A stretch of 64,000 nucleotides of DNA. Source: an uncultured Pseudomonadota bacterium (lineage in GTDB: Bacteria; Myxococcota_A; Polyangia; Fen-1088). The stretch's first letter is position 1. The number at the start of each line of letters is the position of its first letter. The stretch spans positions 96,001 to 160,000 of the forward strand of contig CAWKBC010000010.1 in NCBI GenBank assembly GCA_963847705.1, in the 5' to 3' direction. The position numbers were made by a program, and so were the translations under genes. Below are positions 23,834 through 32,742 of the stretch, piece by piece. The notes below the pieces were generated by a model that saw only the letters and a list, made by a program, of their open reading frames with translations, did no database searches and was not told the DNA's origin.

Positions 23834-24649
23834 GTGCAGTTGCCGTTGTCGCCCCAGGTCTTCTCGATCCTCAGCGCGCTCGTCGCCGAGCACGCCGGCC
23901 TCCACTTCGGCGTCGAGCACATGTCGGTCTTCGCCGACAAGCTCGGGGGGCGGGCCGTCGAGGCCGGCTTCGAGTCGCTGCTCGACTACTACTACTTCCT
24001 GCGCTACGACCCAGGCGGCCCGGCCGAGCTCGACGCGCTGATCGATTCGCTGGTGGTGAACGAGACCTATCTGTTCCGGGAGCTGAACGCGCTCGAGACG
24101 ATGGTGACCGACTTCGTCCTGCCCGCGGTGAACGAAGGGCGGCGCCCCCGAATCTGGTGCGCGGCCAGCTCGACCGGCGAAGAGCCACACACCGTGGCGA
24201 TGCTGCTGGCGGCGCAGGGGATTCTCGAGCGGGTCGAGCTCATCGCCAGTGACGTCAGCGTCCAGGCCCTCGAGCGGGCGCGCTCGGGCCGGTTCTCCCG
24301 CCGCGCCATCCGGCAGAACATCCCCGGCTTCGCCGCGCCCTGGCTCGACGTCACCGACCAGGGGATCTCCGTCAGCCAGCGGTTCACCAAGGCCATCGAC
24401 TGGAGGCGCATCAACCTGATGGACGACGCCACCGTCGCCTCCCTGGGCCTCTTCGAGATCGTGCTCTGTCGCAACGTCCTCATCTATTTCAGTGACGCCA
24501 CCACGCGCCGGATCATCGATCGGCTGAGCGGTGTCCTCAGGCCAAACGGCGCCCTCTTCGTCGGAGTCTCGGAGTCCCTCCTCCGCTTCGGCTCGTCGCT
24601 GATCTGCGAGGAAAAGAACGGGGTCTTCCTGTACAAGAAGCCGTCATGA
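23834..24649 (+). CDS. cheR: Chemotaxis methyltransferase CheR
   Basis: VVNETYLFRE, IWCAASSTGEEP, ASDVS, CRNVLIYF, LFVGVSESL. Confidence 0.95.
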   Translation: MQLPLSPQVFSILSALVAEHAGLHFGVEHMSVFADKLGGRAVEAGFESLLDYYYFLRYDPGGPAELDALIDSLVVNETYLFRELNALETMVTDFVLPAVNEGRRPRIWCAASSTGEEPHTVAMLLAAQGILERVELIASDVSVQALERARSGRFSRRAIRQNIPGFAAPWLDVTDQGISVSQRFTKAIDWRRINLMDDATVASLGLFEIVLCRNVLIYFSDATTRRIIDRLSGVLRPNGALFVGVSESLLRFGSSLICEEKNGVFLYKKPS

Positions 24650-25671
24650 CCGCCGGCCCGCCGATTCGCGTCCTGGTCGTCGACGACTCCGCATTTGCAC
24701 GCAAGGTGCTCCGGGAGACGTTGTCCCGCAGCCCGCTGCTGGAGGTGGTGGGGATCGCCCGCGACGGGTTGGAGGCGCTGGAAAAGATCGCCGAGCTCGC
24801 CCCCGACGTGGTGACGCTGGATCTGGTCATGCCGAACCTCGACGGGCTGGGCGTGCTGCGCGCGCTCCCTCCGGAGGGCGGGCCGCGCGTCGTCATCGTC
24901 AGCATCTCCGGCGGGGACAGCGCTCTCGGTGTGGAGGCGTTGCAGAGCGGGGCCGTCGACCTGGTTCAAAAGCCGACCGCCCTGGCGACCGACCGGCTCT
25001 ACGACCTGTCCGCCGAGCTGGTGGCCAAGGTGGTCGCGGCCGCGACCGCCCACCCGCGCCTCCCCACGGCGGCGCCGCCGGTCATACGGCCCACCCCCAA
25101 GGCGGGAGCGGTCCGCTTGGTGGTGGTCGGCACCTCCACCGGCGGGCCCGCCGCCCTCACCCGGCTGCTGGCCGGCCTGCCCGCCGATTTTCCGGCGGCG
25201 GTCGCCATCGCGCTGCACATTCCGCCCGGCTACACCGAGACCCTCGCTCGCCGCCTGGACGAGACCTGTCCGATGCGGGTCATCGAGGCGTTCGAAGGCG
25301 CGGAGCTCACGCCCGGAACTGTGGCCCTCGCACGCGGCGGTCTGCACCTGCGGGTCAAAGCCACCGGCCAACGGCTCACCACCCACATCGATTCCAATCC
25401 GCTGACCGCGCCGTTTTGCCCGTCGGTCGATCTTCTGTTCGAGAGCGCCGCCCCGCTGGGGCCCGCCGTTCTGGGGGTCGTCCTGACCGGGATGGGAAAC
25501 GACGGCTTGGCCGGCGCGACCGCGATCCGCCGGGCCGGCGGGCGTGTCGTCACGGAGGCCGAGGGATCATGCGTGGTCTACGGAATGCCTCGCGCCGTCG
25601 TGGAGGCCGATCAATCGGACGGCCAGGCGTTGATCGACGCGATGGCCGCCGAGATCGGACGCCGTCTCTAG
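24646..25671 (+). CDS. cheB: Chemotaxis methylesterase CheB (REC plus esterase)
   Basis: VLVVDDSAFAR; GTSTGGP (Ser), ALHIP (His), LTGMGNDG (Asp), VYGMP. Confidence 0.95.
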   Translation: MTAGPPIRVLVVDDSAFARKVLRETLSRSPLLEVVGIARDGLEALEKIAELAPDVVTLDLVMPNLDGLGVLRALPPEGGPRVVIVSISGGDSALGVEALQSGAVDLVQKPTALATDRLYDLSAELVAKVVAAATAHPRLPTAAPPVIRPTPKAGAVRLVVVGTSTGGPAALTRLLAGLPADFPAAVAIALHIPPGYTETLARRLDETCPMRVIEAFEGAELTPGTVALARGGLHLRVKATGQRLTTHIDSNPLTAPFCPSVDLLFESAAPLGPAVLGVVLTGMGNDGLAGATAIRRAGGRVVTEAEGSCVVYGMPRAVVEADQSDGQALIDAMAAEIGRRL

Positions 25672-25698
25672 GCCTTCTCTACGGCCTTCTCTAGGCCT
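25665..25698. repeat. Short tandem repeat of 3 units (TCTCTA(C)GGCCT) at the cheB stop codon
   Basis: tctctaggcct / tctctacggcct / tctctaggcct read directly. Confidence 0.75.
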
Positions 25699-25712
25699 CC
25701 TTCGGGCGGCAC

Positions 25713-25898
25713 TCAGTTTCGAATGGCGCCCACCAGGCCCAGGCCGCCGCAGATCAGGATTCCGACGATCAGGAAGAAGCGGGCCGACTTCATGAGCCGG
25801 GTCCCTCCCACCGGCTTGGCCCCTTTGGGCCCACGGCCGGTGAGGGCGACGGCCACCGTGAGAACGACCGCAAATGCCAACCAGACGAGTGAGCTCAT
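25713..25898 (-). CDS. Small 2-TM membrane protein
   Basis: MSSLVWLAFAVVLTVAVALTG...GGTRLMKSARFFLIVGILICGGLG, 61 aa. Confidence 0.7.
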   Translation of the reverse strand: MSSLVWLAFAVVLTVAVALTGRGPKGAKPVGGTRLMKSARFFLIVGILICGGLGLVGAIRN

Positions 25899-25989
25899 GG
25901 CCGCAACATAGGCATGCCGGGAGCAAGCCGGCGCTGAAACAATCAGGGATCGCCCTATCATTCGCCGAAAGCAGTCCTAGCTTCTGGCG

Positions 25990-26325
25990 ATGGACGTCAC
26001 CGGCCATCGCAAGAACCAGAAGGTAACCTTCGGCCAGAAGGAGGCGTCACCCAGGCCTTCTGCGGCGGCGCCACCGGAGGACGCCACCGCCCAGACTCAC
26101 GTCAACCTGGTGAGCCCGTTCGCCCATCCGAGAAGCGCCAAGGTCACCACCTTCGACCTGCGGCAGTTCGTGACGCGCCACTCGATTCCCCTGGCTCTCT
26201 CCTGCCTGGCGCTGGGCGGAGCCGTCGCCGCGGTCATCCTGAAGCGCCGGCGTCGCGACCGGGGGGAGGCTCGGCTCGATCGCCTCCGACAGACGCTGGT
26301 GGATGCCGCGAACGGCGCCGGCTGA
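25990..26325 (+). CDS. Hypothetical protein with one near-C-terminal TM segment followed by a basic patch
   Basis: RHSIPLALSCLALGGAVAAVILKRRRR resembles ElaB/YqjD/DUF3618-like tail anchors. Confidence 0.6.
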   Translation: MDVTGHRKNQKVTFGQKEASPRPSAAAPPEDATAQTHVNLVSPFAHPRSAKVTTFDLRQFVTRHSIPLALSCLALGGAVAAVILKRRRRDRGEARLDRLRQTLVDAANGAG

Positions 26326-27802
26326 AGGCGCGCCGCTGAAAACATCGCGTTTTCCCCGACCGCGCCGGGCGCGCGGCGGCTTCATTTGTAGCGTCGGCGG
26401 CGCCGCCGCCTTGACGCTCCTCTCCTGGGCCCTGGCTCAGGGCGTGGCGCGGGCGCAGCAGGGAGCAGACGGCGGCGGCCTCGAGGCCAGCCGCGATGCG
26501 GGATCACCAGACCTCGCACCTTCAATCACGCAGGAGCCCGAAGCGCAGACAGCGCCATGGTTGCTCGCGCCGCCGCCCACCATCGCTCCACCGTCGCCGC
26601 CGTCTCCCCCGCCGCTCGTCGCTCCGCCGCGCCCGCCGGCACCCGCCGCAGCGACGCCGTCGGGACGCTCGCTGGAATTCAACATCGTCCCGATCGCCGG
26701 CGGCGACAGCGACGTCGGGATCGGCGGCGGTGAGGTCGCAGATCTGGCGCGGCTGGATCCTCGCTATCGCCCCTACCGGTGGAAGCTGACCTCGGAGGCC
26801 TTCGTCACCTTCAACACGCTCAACGGCCAGCTCATCTCGCCGTTCCAGGACTACTCGCTCACCTTGTCGCTCCCCGATTTGACCTCCAGCCGGCGGCTGC
26901 GCCTGGAGATCAGGCCGGCCTTCACCAACGAACGCACGCTGAAGTTCTACGGAATCGGGAACGCGACGCCGCTTCCGCCACCGGGTGTGTCGATCGCCGA
27001 TACCGAATACCAGCGCATTCACCCCACCCTCTCCGTCGAGGCGCGCTACCGCTTCTACAAGCGGTTCTACCTGCTGGGGGGAAGCGTCTACACGCAGAAC
27101 TGGCTGGTGGTTCCGCCGAACGGCCTGCTGGCGCGGGCGCAGGCTTCACCCTCTCCCGAGATTCGCGAGATCATCGGGAGCTTCGCCCCGCACGGGGTCG
27201 AGCTCCTGGAGGGGGGGCTCCAGTACGACTCGCGCGACAACGAGACGGTGACCCGCCGAGGGCAATTCCACACGGCCGTGATCCGGATCAGCCCACGCAT
27301 CGGGACCGAGCTGCCCTATGCCTACGAGCGTCTGAACGTGACGGCGCGCTTTTACACCACGCCGATTCCCAACATCACGCTGCTGTTTCGGGTCGTCGGC
27401 GACACGTTGCTGGGCGATCCCCCGTTCTACGAGCTGGCGCGCTTCGACGAGACGCCGGCCATCGGTGGCTCGAAGGCGGTGCGCGGGGTGCCGGCGCAGC
27501 GGTACTACGGCAAGGTGAAGCTCTTCGGGAACTTGGAGATGCGGAGCGACGTCCTGCACTTCAGCGTGCGGCACAAGCGGATGATTCTCGGCGCGGCCCT
27601 CTTCGCCGACGGCGGCCGCAGCTGGACGCAACTGGGGCAGAGCAACCCGGCCCTCGACGGAACCGGGCTGGGGCTGAAGTACGGGCTCGGCGGCGGGCTG
27701 CGGCTGCAGGAGGGCCAGACCTTCATCGTGCGTGGGGACATCGCCTGGTCCCCCGACGCACAGCCGGTGGGCGCCTACTTCGCCGCCGGCGAGATCTTCT
27801 GA
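26303..27802 (+). CDS. BamA/TamA (Omp85) family outer-membrane beta-barrel without POTRA domains (start uncertain)
   Basis: Signal peptide, Pro-rich linker, PIAGGDSDVGIGGG, YDSRDNE, VRGVPAQRY (VRGY-like), YGLGGGLR, C-terminal GEIF. Confidence 0.85.
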   Translation: MPRTAPAEGAPLKTSRFPRPRRARGGFICSVGGAAALTLLSWALAQGVARAQQGADGGGLEASRDAGSPDLAPSITQEPEAQTAPWLLAPPPTIAPPSPPSPPPLVAPPRPPAPAAATPSGRSLEFNIVPIAGGDSDVGIGGGEVADLARLDPRYRPYRWKLTSEAFVTFNTLNGQLISPFQDYSLTLSLPDLTSSRRLRLEIRPAFTNERTLKFYGIGNATPLPPPGVSIADTEYQRIHPTLSVEARYRFYKRFYLLGGSVYTQNWLVVPPNGLLARAQASPSPEIREIIGSFAPHGVELLEGGLQYDSRDNETVTRRGQFHTAVIRISPRIGTELPYAYERLNVTARFYTTPIPNITLLFRVVGDTLLGDPPFYELARFDETPAIGGSKAVRGVPAQRYYGKVKLFGNLEMRSDVLHFSVRHKRMILGAALFADGGRSWTQLGQSNPALDGTGLGLKYGLGGGLRLQEGQTFIVRGDIAWSPDAQPVGAYFAAGEIF

Positions 27803-27808
27803 TGTTGA

Positions 27809-27907
27809 CCGCGGGCGACCAACGACGCCGGAGCGGCCCTCGCCCGCGGAACAAGCGCCACAAATGCCGACTGGTCTGAACGGCAGCCCCGCCACCGTTC
27901 AGACCAG
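27809..27907. terminator. Two perfect inverted repeats between convergent genes (putative bidirectional terminator or RNA-stabilising hairpins)
   Basis: CCGCGGGCGA 27809-18 pairs with TCGCCCGCGG 27840-49; CTGGTCTGAACGG 27871-83 pairs with CCGTTCAGACCAG 27895-907. No U-tract. Confidence 0.55.
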
Positions 27908-27974
27908 CTCAAGTCAGGAAGTTAAGTCATGCGGGCCGGCCCCGCCGCTTTGGCCGGCGGAGGCCAGCGGCGCC

Positions 27975-28478
27975 TCAGAGGGGCGCGGCTTCGTCGGTCT
28001 GGGCCGGGACGGCCAGGCGCGGATTGCCCTTGGCCAGCAGCTCCTCTTGCAAGAGCGCCATCTGCTGGGCGATCGCGACCAGGGTCTCCTCGTCGAAGAT
28101 CTTCTTCACCTTGGGGAAGAGATCGTCTTCCTCTTCCCCCACGTGATGCTCGACCTGTTCCTGCAGAACCTTGGTCTTCGCGTCGAAGGTCTCATCGCTG
28201 GCATCGAGATCGATGAGATCGGCCAGGACCCGCTTGATCCCCAGGTGCTCCTCCAGCGATTCGAGCAGGATGTCCTCGGTGCGTTTCGCCCTCACGGCGG
28301 GATAGAACTCCTGCTCTTCGATCGAGGCGTGAACCGCCAATTTGTCGGCGATCTGGGTGAAGAGCTTCTGTTTGCGGTCGTCCCGATCGGCCTTCTCCAG
28401 CTTGGCGAACAGGTCCTCCACCTCGCGGTGCTGGCTTTCCAGCATGTCGACCGCGTTCACGTTGACCTTCTCGCCCAC
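27975..28478 (-). CDS. Hemerythrin-like (HHE cation-binding) domain protein
   Basis: QHREVEDLF, LAVHASIEEQEFYP, EEHLGIK, VEHHVGEEE. Confidence 0.92.
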   Translation of the reverse strand: MGEKVNVNAVDMLESQHREVEDLFAKLEKADRDDRKQKLFTQIADKLAVHASIEEQEFYPAVRAKRTEDILLESLEEHLGIKRVLADLIDLDASDETFDAKTKVLQEQVEHHVGEEEDDLFPKVKKIFDEETLVAIAQQMALLQEELLAKGNPRLAVPAQTDEAAPL

Positions 28479-28479
28479 G

Positions 28480-28629
28480 TTAGGTCACCCGCTTTCCACG
28501 GATGAAGTGCATCACGATGCTGATGAGCGCCAACACGATCAGGACGTGAATGGCCGCCGAAGCCACATGGAAGACGCCGAATCCGGTGATCCAGGCAATG
28601 AGCAAGATGACTCCGAGCCAAAACAACAT
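28480..28629 (-). CDS. lmo0937-family small membrane protein, 49 aa (absent from the ORF track)
   Basis: Hand translation MLFWLGVILLIAWITGFGVFHVASAAIHVLIVLALISIVMHFIRGKRVT*; RBS AAAGGA upstream; stop lies just before the hemerythrin start. Confidence 0.88.
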   Translation of the reverse strand: MLFWLGVILLIAWITGFGVFHVASAAIHVLIVLALISIVMHFIRGKRVT

Positions 28630-28781
28630 GGGGTTCCTTTTCCGACGGGCTCCGCGGCCAGGAAGACCACAAACGCCGCGTCTGTTGGGGTGTAAGAAAA
28701 CAACCTAGGGACGAACATGCATTTGGCCAGGCCGCACGGAATGCGCCTGGACATTGGACCCACGGTGGCGCCGCCTGCGGT

Positions 28782-30089
28782 CTACAGCTGGGCGCCCACC
28801 AGGCCGGCAAACCAGTCGCCCATCCGGTCCAGCAGAGGTCGGTGGTGCCAGTCATCGAGCGTGATGCGGCGAGATCGGAGCCGATCCTTTTCGAAGGCTC
28901 GCCGTTCCTGCGAGGCGAGACCGCGATCGATGACGTTCAGATTGGCCTCGGCGTTCAACCGAAAGGACCGGCTGTCGAAGTTGGTCGAACCGACCGACAC
29001 CCAGAGATCGTCGACCACCATGACCTTGCAGTGAAACATGGTGGGCTGGAACTCGGAGATGGAGATGCCCGCTTCCAGCAGGGGCGCCCATTTCCGGCGG
29101 GAGGCCGCGCGGGTCACCTCGCTGTCGATCAGCGGGCCTGGCACGATGATCTGGACGTCCACGCCCCGCCGGCGGGCGGCGATGAGCGTGCGAACGGAGA
29201 GGTCATCAGGGACGAAATACGAATTGGCCAGAAGGATGCTGTGCCGTGCGGCCGCGATCGAGAGCAGGTAGAGGAGGCGGACGCTCTCGGTCCCGTCGTT
29301 CTCCGCGCTGGAGACAATCTGGGCGGGCATCTCTCCCGCCTTGGAGAGTGGAGGGAAATAGGCGTCACCTTGCAAGAGGACGCCCCGGGTCGCCAGCCAA
29401 TGCGCCACGAACGTGGCCTGCATCTGCGCCACCACCGGGCCGACCACCCGAAAGTGTGTGTCGCGCCAGTGGTCGGGGCTATCGGCGTCACCGTCCCACT
29501 TGTCGGCGATCCCGACGCCGCCGGTGAACCCGATCCGGCCGTCGACGACCAGCAGCTTTCGGTGCGTGCGGTTGTTGATCCGGTCGAGGTTGTACCAGCG
29601 CACCGCCCGGTACTTTTCGACCTCGGCGCCTGCGTTCGTCATTTCTCGCAGTTGGGTCGAATCCATTTTTGCCGATCCGACCGCGTCGATGATGAGGTGA
29701 ATCTTGACGCCGGCATCGGCGCGCTCGACCAGCGCCTTGGTGAAGGCGGCGCCGATGTCGCCCGACCAGTAGATGTAGGTCTCGAAGGTGATGCTCTTCC
29801 GCGCCTGCCGAATCTCGTCGAGCATCGCGGAGAAGATCTGGTGCCCGTTGTAGAGAGGCGTGACCTCGTTCCCCGGGACCAGCGGTGAACCGAAGAGGAC
29901 GCTGGCGGCGCGCGCGAACTCCGGGTCGCCCACGCCGAAGAGGGAGGAGATCTCATGCTCGGTCTTGCGCTCTCCGGACAGCAGATTGATGGCGACGATG
30001 ACGATCAGGGCCGTCACGAGGGCCGTGACGGCCACGATCAGCCGCGTGCGCCAGGGGCGGCGGTCCGCGGTGCCGGCGACGCGCCTCAG
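28782..30089 (-). CDS. cls: Cardiolipin synthase (phospholipase D family, ClsB-like)
   Basis: Two HKD motifs (RTHRKLLVVDG; MFHCKVMVVDD), VGSTNFDSRSFRLNAE, N-terminal TM. Start uncertain (30089 or 30035). Confidence 0.9.
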   Translation of the reverse strand: MRRVAGTADRRPWRTRLIVAVTALVTALIVIVAINLLSGERKTEHEISSLFGVGDPEFARAASVLFGSPLVPGNEVTPLYNGHQIFSAMLDEIRQARKSITFETYIYWSGDIGAAFTKALVERADAGVKIHLIIDAVGSAKMDSTQLREMTNAGAEVEKYRAVRWYNLDRINNRTHRKLLVVDGRIGFTGGVGIADKWDGDADSPDHWRDTHFRVVGPVVAQMQATFVAHWLATRGVLLQGDAYFPPLSKAGEMPAQIVSSAENDGTESVRLLYLLSIAAARHSILLANSYFVPDDLSVRTLIAARRRGVDVQIIVPGPLIDSEVTRAASRRKWAPLLEAGISISEFQPTMFHCKVMVVDDLWVSVGSTNFDSRSFRLNAEANLNVIDRGLASQERRAFEKDRLRSRRITLDDWHHRPLLDRMGDWFAGLVGAQL

Positions 30090-30610
30090 GCGGCCTTCTT
30101 GCTCGCGGCGCTGGCTTCTTCGATGATCTCGTGGACGAAGCGGATCTTCTTCAACGCCGGCTCCGCGCCTGGCAGATCCTGCTTGAACGCGAAGGCCAAC
30201 CCTTCGGGGTGCTTGGTCCGCTGCTCGACCGGAAGGCCCAGCGCCAGGAGTGTATAGATGAGCCGCCGCTTGTTGGCCTCCAGGTTGACCCAGGCCTCCG
30301 CGGCCCTCGGATCCCCCAGGTTCGGAATGACCTCGTTCAACCGGCACGCCCGACAGAACCTGTCGTCTTCTTTTGCGGCGACGGTCCAATTGCAGGCCCG
30401 GTGGTCGATCTGATTGCCGCACAGTCGATAGCGGGCGCCTTTGTCTTTCAACCCGAGCGCCACGAAGGTGCCGGGCGCCCCGTCGACAGCTTCGATCGCC
30501 GTGAGCGCCAGGTGCTCAGGCACGAACGCCAGAGAGTGGCCGCACTTCGTGCACCGTGAATTTTCGAAGTGAAGCGGCTGCTGGCAGGACGGGCAGGTGA
30601 ACAGTTTCAT
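30086..30610 (-). CDS. Zinc-ribbon / putative zinc-binding metallopeptidase family protein, apparently lacking the catalytic middle
   Basis: MKLFTCPSCQQPLHFENSRCTKCGHSL, CNW, FCRACRLNEVIPNL, LEANKRRLIYTL, GLAFAF, then directly KIRFVHEII; 174 aa. Confidence 0.75.
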   Translation of the reverse strand: MKLFTCPSCQQPLHFENSRCTKCGHSLAFVPEHLALTAIEAVDGAPGTFVALGLKDKGARYRLCGNQIDHRACNWTVAAKEDDRFCRACRLNEVIPNLGDPRAAEAWVNLEANKRRLIYTLLALGLPVEQRTKHPEGLAFAFKQDLPGAEPALKKIRFVHEIIEEASAASKKAA

Positions 30611-30626
30611 CTGGGCTTTCCGGTGG

Positions 30627-31748
30627 CTATTCGCTGCGGGGAGCGCGGGGGCCACCGAACAGCAGGCGACCCAGCCGCCCTCCCAGGAATCGGGTCCGCG
30701 CTTCCGGCCGTTTTGGCGGCTGCGCCCCGGTGGGGACGGCGGCCTTGGGGCGATCCGGCGAGGTGCGCTGTGAATCGGCCTTGACCGTTCGCTCGTGAAG
30801 ACCGCGCACGAAGCCGGCGATGTGGTCCATGCGCAGCCCATTGTCGACCAGGAAGCGATCGAGGTCGTCCGCCATGGCGCTGGCCGTGGCGTAGCGCTGC
30901 TGCGGATCTCGCTCCAGCGCCTTCATCACGATGGCGTCGAGCTCCGGCGGGATCGCCGGGCGCGACTTGGAAGGCGGCGCGATCGGCAGCTCCAGAATCT
31001 TCCGGAACGTCAGGGCCTGGTTGTCGGATTCAAACAGACTCTGCAGCGTGAGCATCTCGTGCAGGACGATCCCCAGCGAGAAGATGTCGACCCGGTGGTC
31101 GATGGGCTTGCCCTCGAGCGTCTCGGGAGCCACATAGGCGGCCTTCCCCTTGATCGTCCCTTCGAGCGTGCGCGCCTGCGACGCGCGGTACTTGGCCACC
31201 CCGAAGTCCAAGAGCTTGATTCCGCCAGCCATTGTCAGGACGATGTTGGACGGCGTGACGTCACGGTGGATGATGTTGAGCGCCTCGCCGTCCCCGCCCT
31301 TCAGGTTGTGGACGTACTCCAGCGCGCGGCACACCTCGCTGGCGAAATGGGCGGCGGCGACCGGCGGCATCCTCTTGCCGGCGGCGCGAAGCCCCAGCAA
31401 CGCTGTCGACACCGAAGGGCCTTCGACGTATTCGAGAACGAGAAACAGAGTCCCGTCCGATTCGCCGAAGTCGAACGCCTGGACGACGTTGGGGTGGTGA
31501 AGCAGCCCGAGGACCTGGGCCTCCGCGACGAACAGGCGCATGAACGCCGCGTTGTGGGAGAGAACCGGCAGGATTCGCTTGACCACCACGGTCCGCCGGC
31601 CGCCGCCCGGCAAGGTGTGGGTGGCCTTGTAGACCTCGGCCATGCCGCCCACGCCCAGAAGCTGCCCCAGCTCGTAGCGCCCGACCTGCGAGAGGTGGCC
31701 CGCGCCCCCGACGGTGTAGCTGGACTCTGGAGAGTCGACGAAGGTCAT
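30627..31748 (-). CDS. Cytoplasmic Ser/Thr protein kinase (Hanks type)
   Basis: LGVGGMAEVY, VVVKR, IHRDVTPSN, DFGVA, KGKAAYVAPE, DIFSLG. Confidence 0.93.
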   Translation of the reverse strand: MTFVDSPESSYTVGGAGHLSQVGRYELGQLLGVGGMAEVYKATHTLPGGGRRTVVVKRILPVLSHNAAFMRLFVAEAQVLGLLHHPNVVQAFDFGESDGTLFLVLEYVEGPSVSTALLGLRAAGKRMPPVAAAHFASEVCRALEYVHNLKGGDGEALNIIHRDVTPSNIVLTMAGGIKLLDFGVAKYRASQARTLEGTIKGKAAYVAPETLEGKPIDHRVDIFSLGIVLHEMLTLQSLFESDNQALTFRKILELPIAPPSKSRPAIPPELDAIVMKALERDPQQRYATASAMADDLDRFLVDNGLRMDHIAGFVRGLHERTVKADSQRTSPDRPKAAVPTGAQPPKRPEARTRFLGGRLGRLLFGGPRAPRSE

Positions 31749-32107
31749 GACGAGTACTTTCGAATGCTCTGCAAGAGCTCCGGAATCTCGACTGGCTTCG
31801 AGACGTAACCGGCGGCACCGAGCTCGCCGGCGACCGTGGCGATGTGCGCTCCCGCGGACATCAGCAGCACGGGGATCCCCGCGAAACGGGCGTCTTCCCG
31901 CTGCTTCCGCCGAAAATCCCAGCCGCTCATGGTGGGCATCATCAAGTCCAGAAGGATGAGGTCGCACCGACCTTCGTGCTCCTGGAGCAGCCGCCAGGCG
32001 ACGGCGCCGTTGTCGGCCCGAAGGATCTTGTAGCCGGCGTCCTCCAGCGCCGTGGCCAGGACTTCGCGCGCGTCGTCCTCGTCCTCGACCAACATCACGT
32101 TCGTCAT
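31745..32107 (-). CDS. Single-domain response regulator
   Basis: MLVEDE, LLDLMMP, LMSA, VSKP; ATGA overlap with the kinase start. Confidence 0.92.
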   Translation of the reverse strand: MTNVMLVEDEDDAREVLATALEDAGYKILRADNGAVAWRLLQEHEGRCDLILLDLMMPTMSGWDFRRKQREDARFAGIPVLLMSAGAHIATVAGELGAAGYVSKPVEIPELLQSIRKYSS

Positions 32108-32188
32108 TGCCCTAGGAAGTAGGAACGAAGACGCCGAGGCGCAAGAGGCGCAAGACCAGTCAATCCCGCATTTGTTCCAACGTTTACA

Positions 32189-32677
32189 TCACAAAGGGAC
32201 GATGGTCTGGCCGAGCGCCGTGCCATCGGGCGCTTCCAGGTCGATCCGCAGCCCGATGGGGCGCACGAACGTCGAGGGCAGATGGAAGTAGAGGCTCCCC
32301 GAGCTGCTCTGCCCGCTGGCGATGGCCCCCTCGGGCAAGAGGGGAGCGGAGACCTTTTCGAACAGGAGCTCCGCGGGGAGCAGCGCCATGGAGCGCTGGC
32401 CGGCGCCGTCGGTGAGCGAGAAGTCGCGATAGCTCACGCGAATCGTGCCGGAGCCGTGATTGGCCAGAGTGACGGGGAGCGGAACCACGTCAGAAGCGGC
32501 GGTTCGTGGGTGCCGCACCGGGGCGATCGACAGCGTGACGCCGGCGCCCAGAGCCAGAGGCCGGGGAGAAGCGGCGCCGGACCGCAACGCAGCGCGGGCC
32601 AACACCGCGATACATCCCAACGAGAGCGCGAAGGCGATTCCGATCATCATCCGCAAGCTGAGCCTCCGCCAGAACAT
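32189..32677 (-). CDS. Hypothetical exported protein with Ig-like (DUF4352-like) domain
   Basis: N-terminal TM; VTLANHGSGTIRVSYRDFSLTDGAG, LPEGAIASGQSSSGSLYF. Confidence 0.65.
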   Translation of the reverse strand: MFWRRLSLRMMIGIAFALSLGCIAVLARAALRSGAASPRPLALGAGVTLSIAPVRHPRTAASDVVPLPVTLANHGSGTIRVSYRDFSLTDGAGQRSMALLPAELLFEKVSAPLLPEGAIASGQSSSGSLYFHLPSTFVRPIGLRIDLEAPDGTALGQTIVPL

Positions 32678-32742
32678 AGTGCCGAGATCCACGAATCCAA
32701 GCGGTGATGCGAAGCGGCGCCGGCCATGGTGACCAGACCAGC

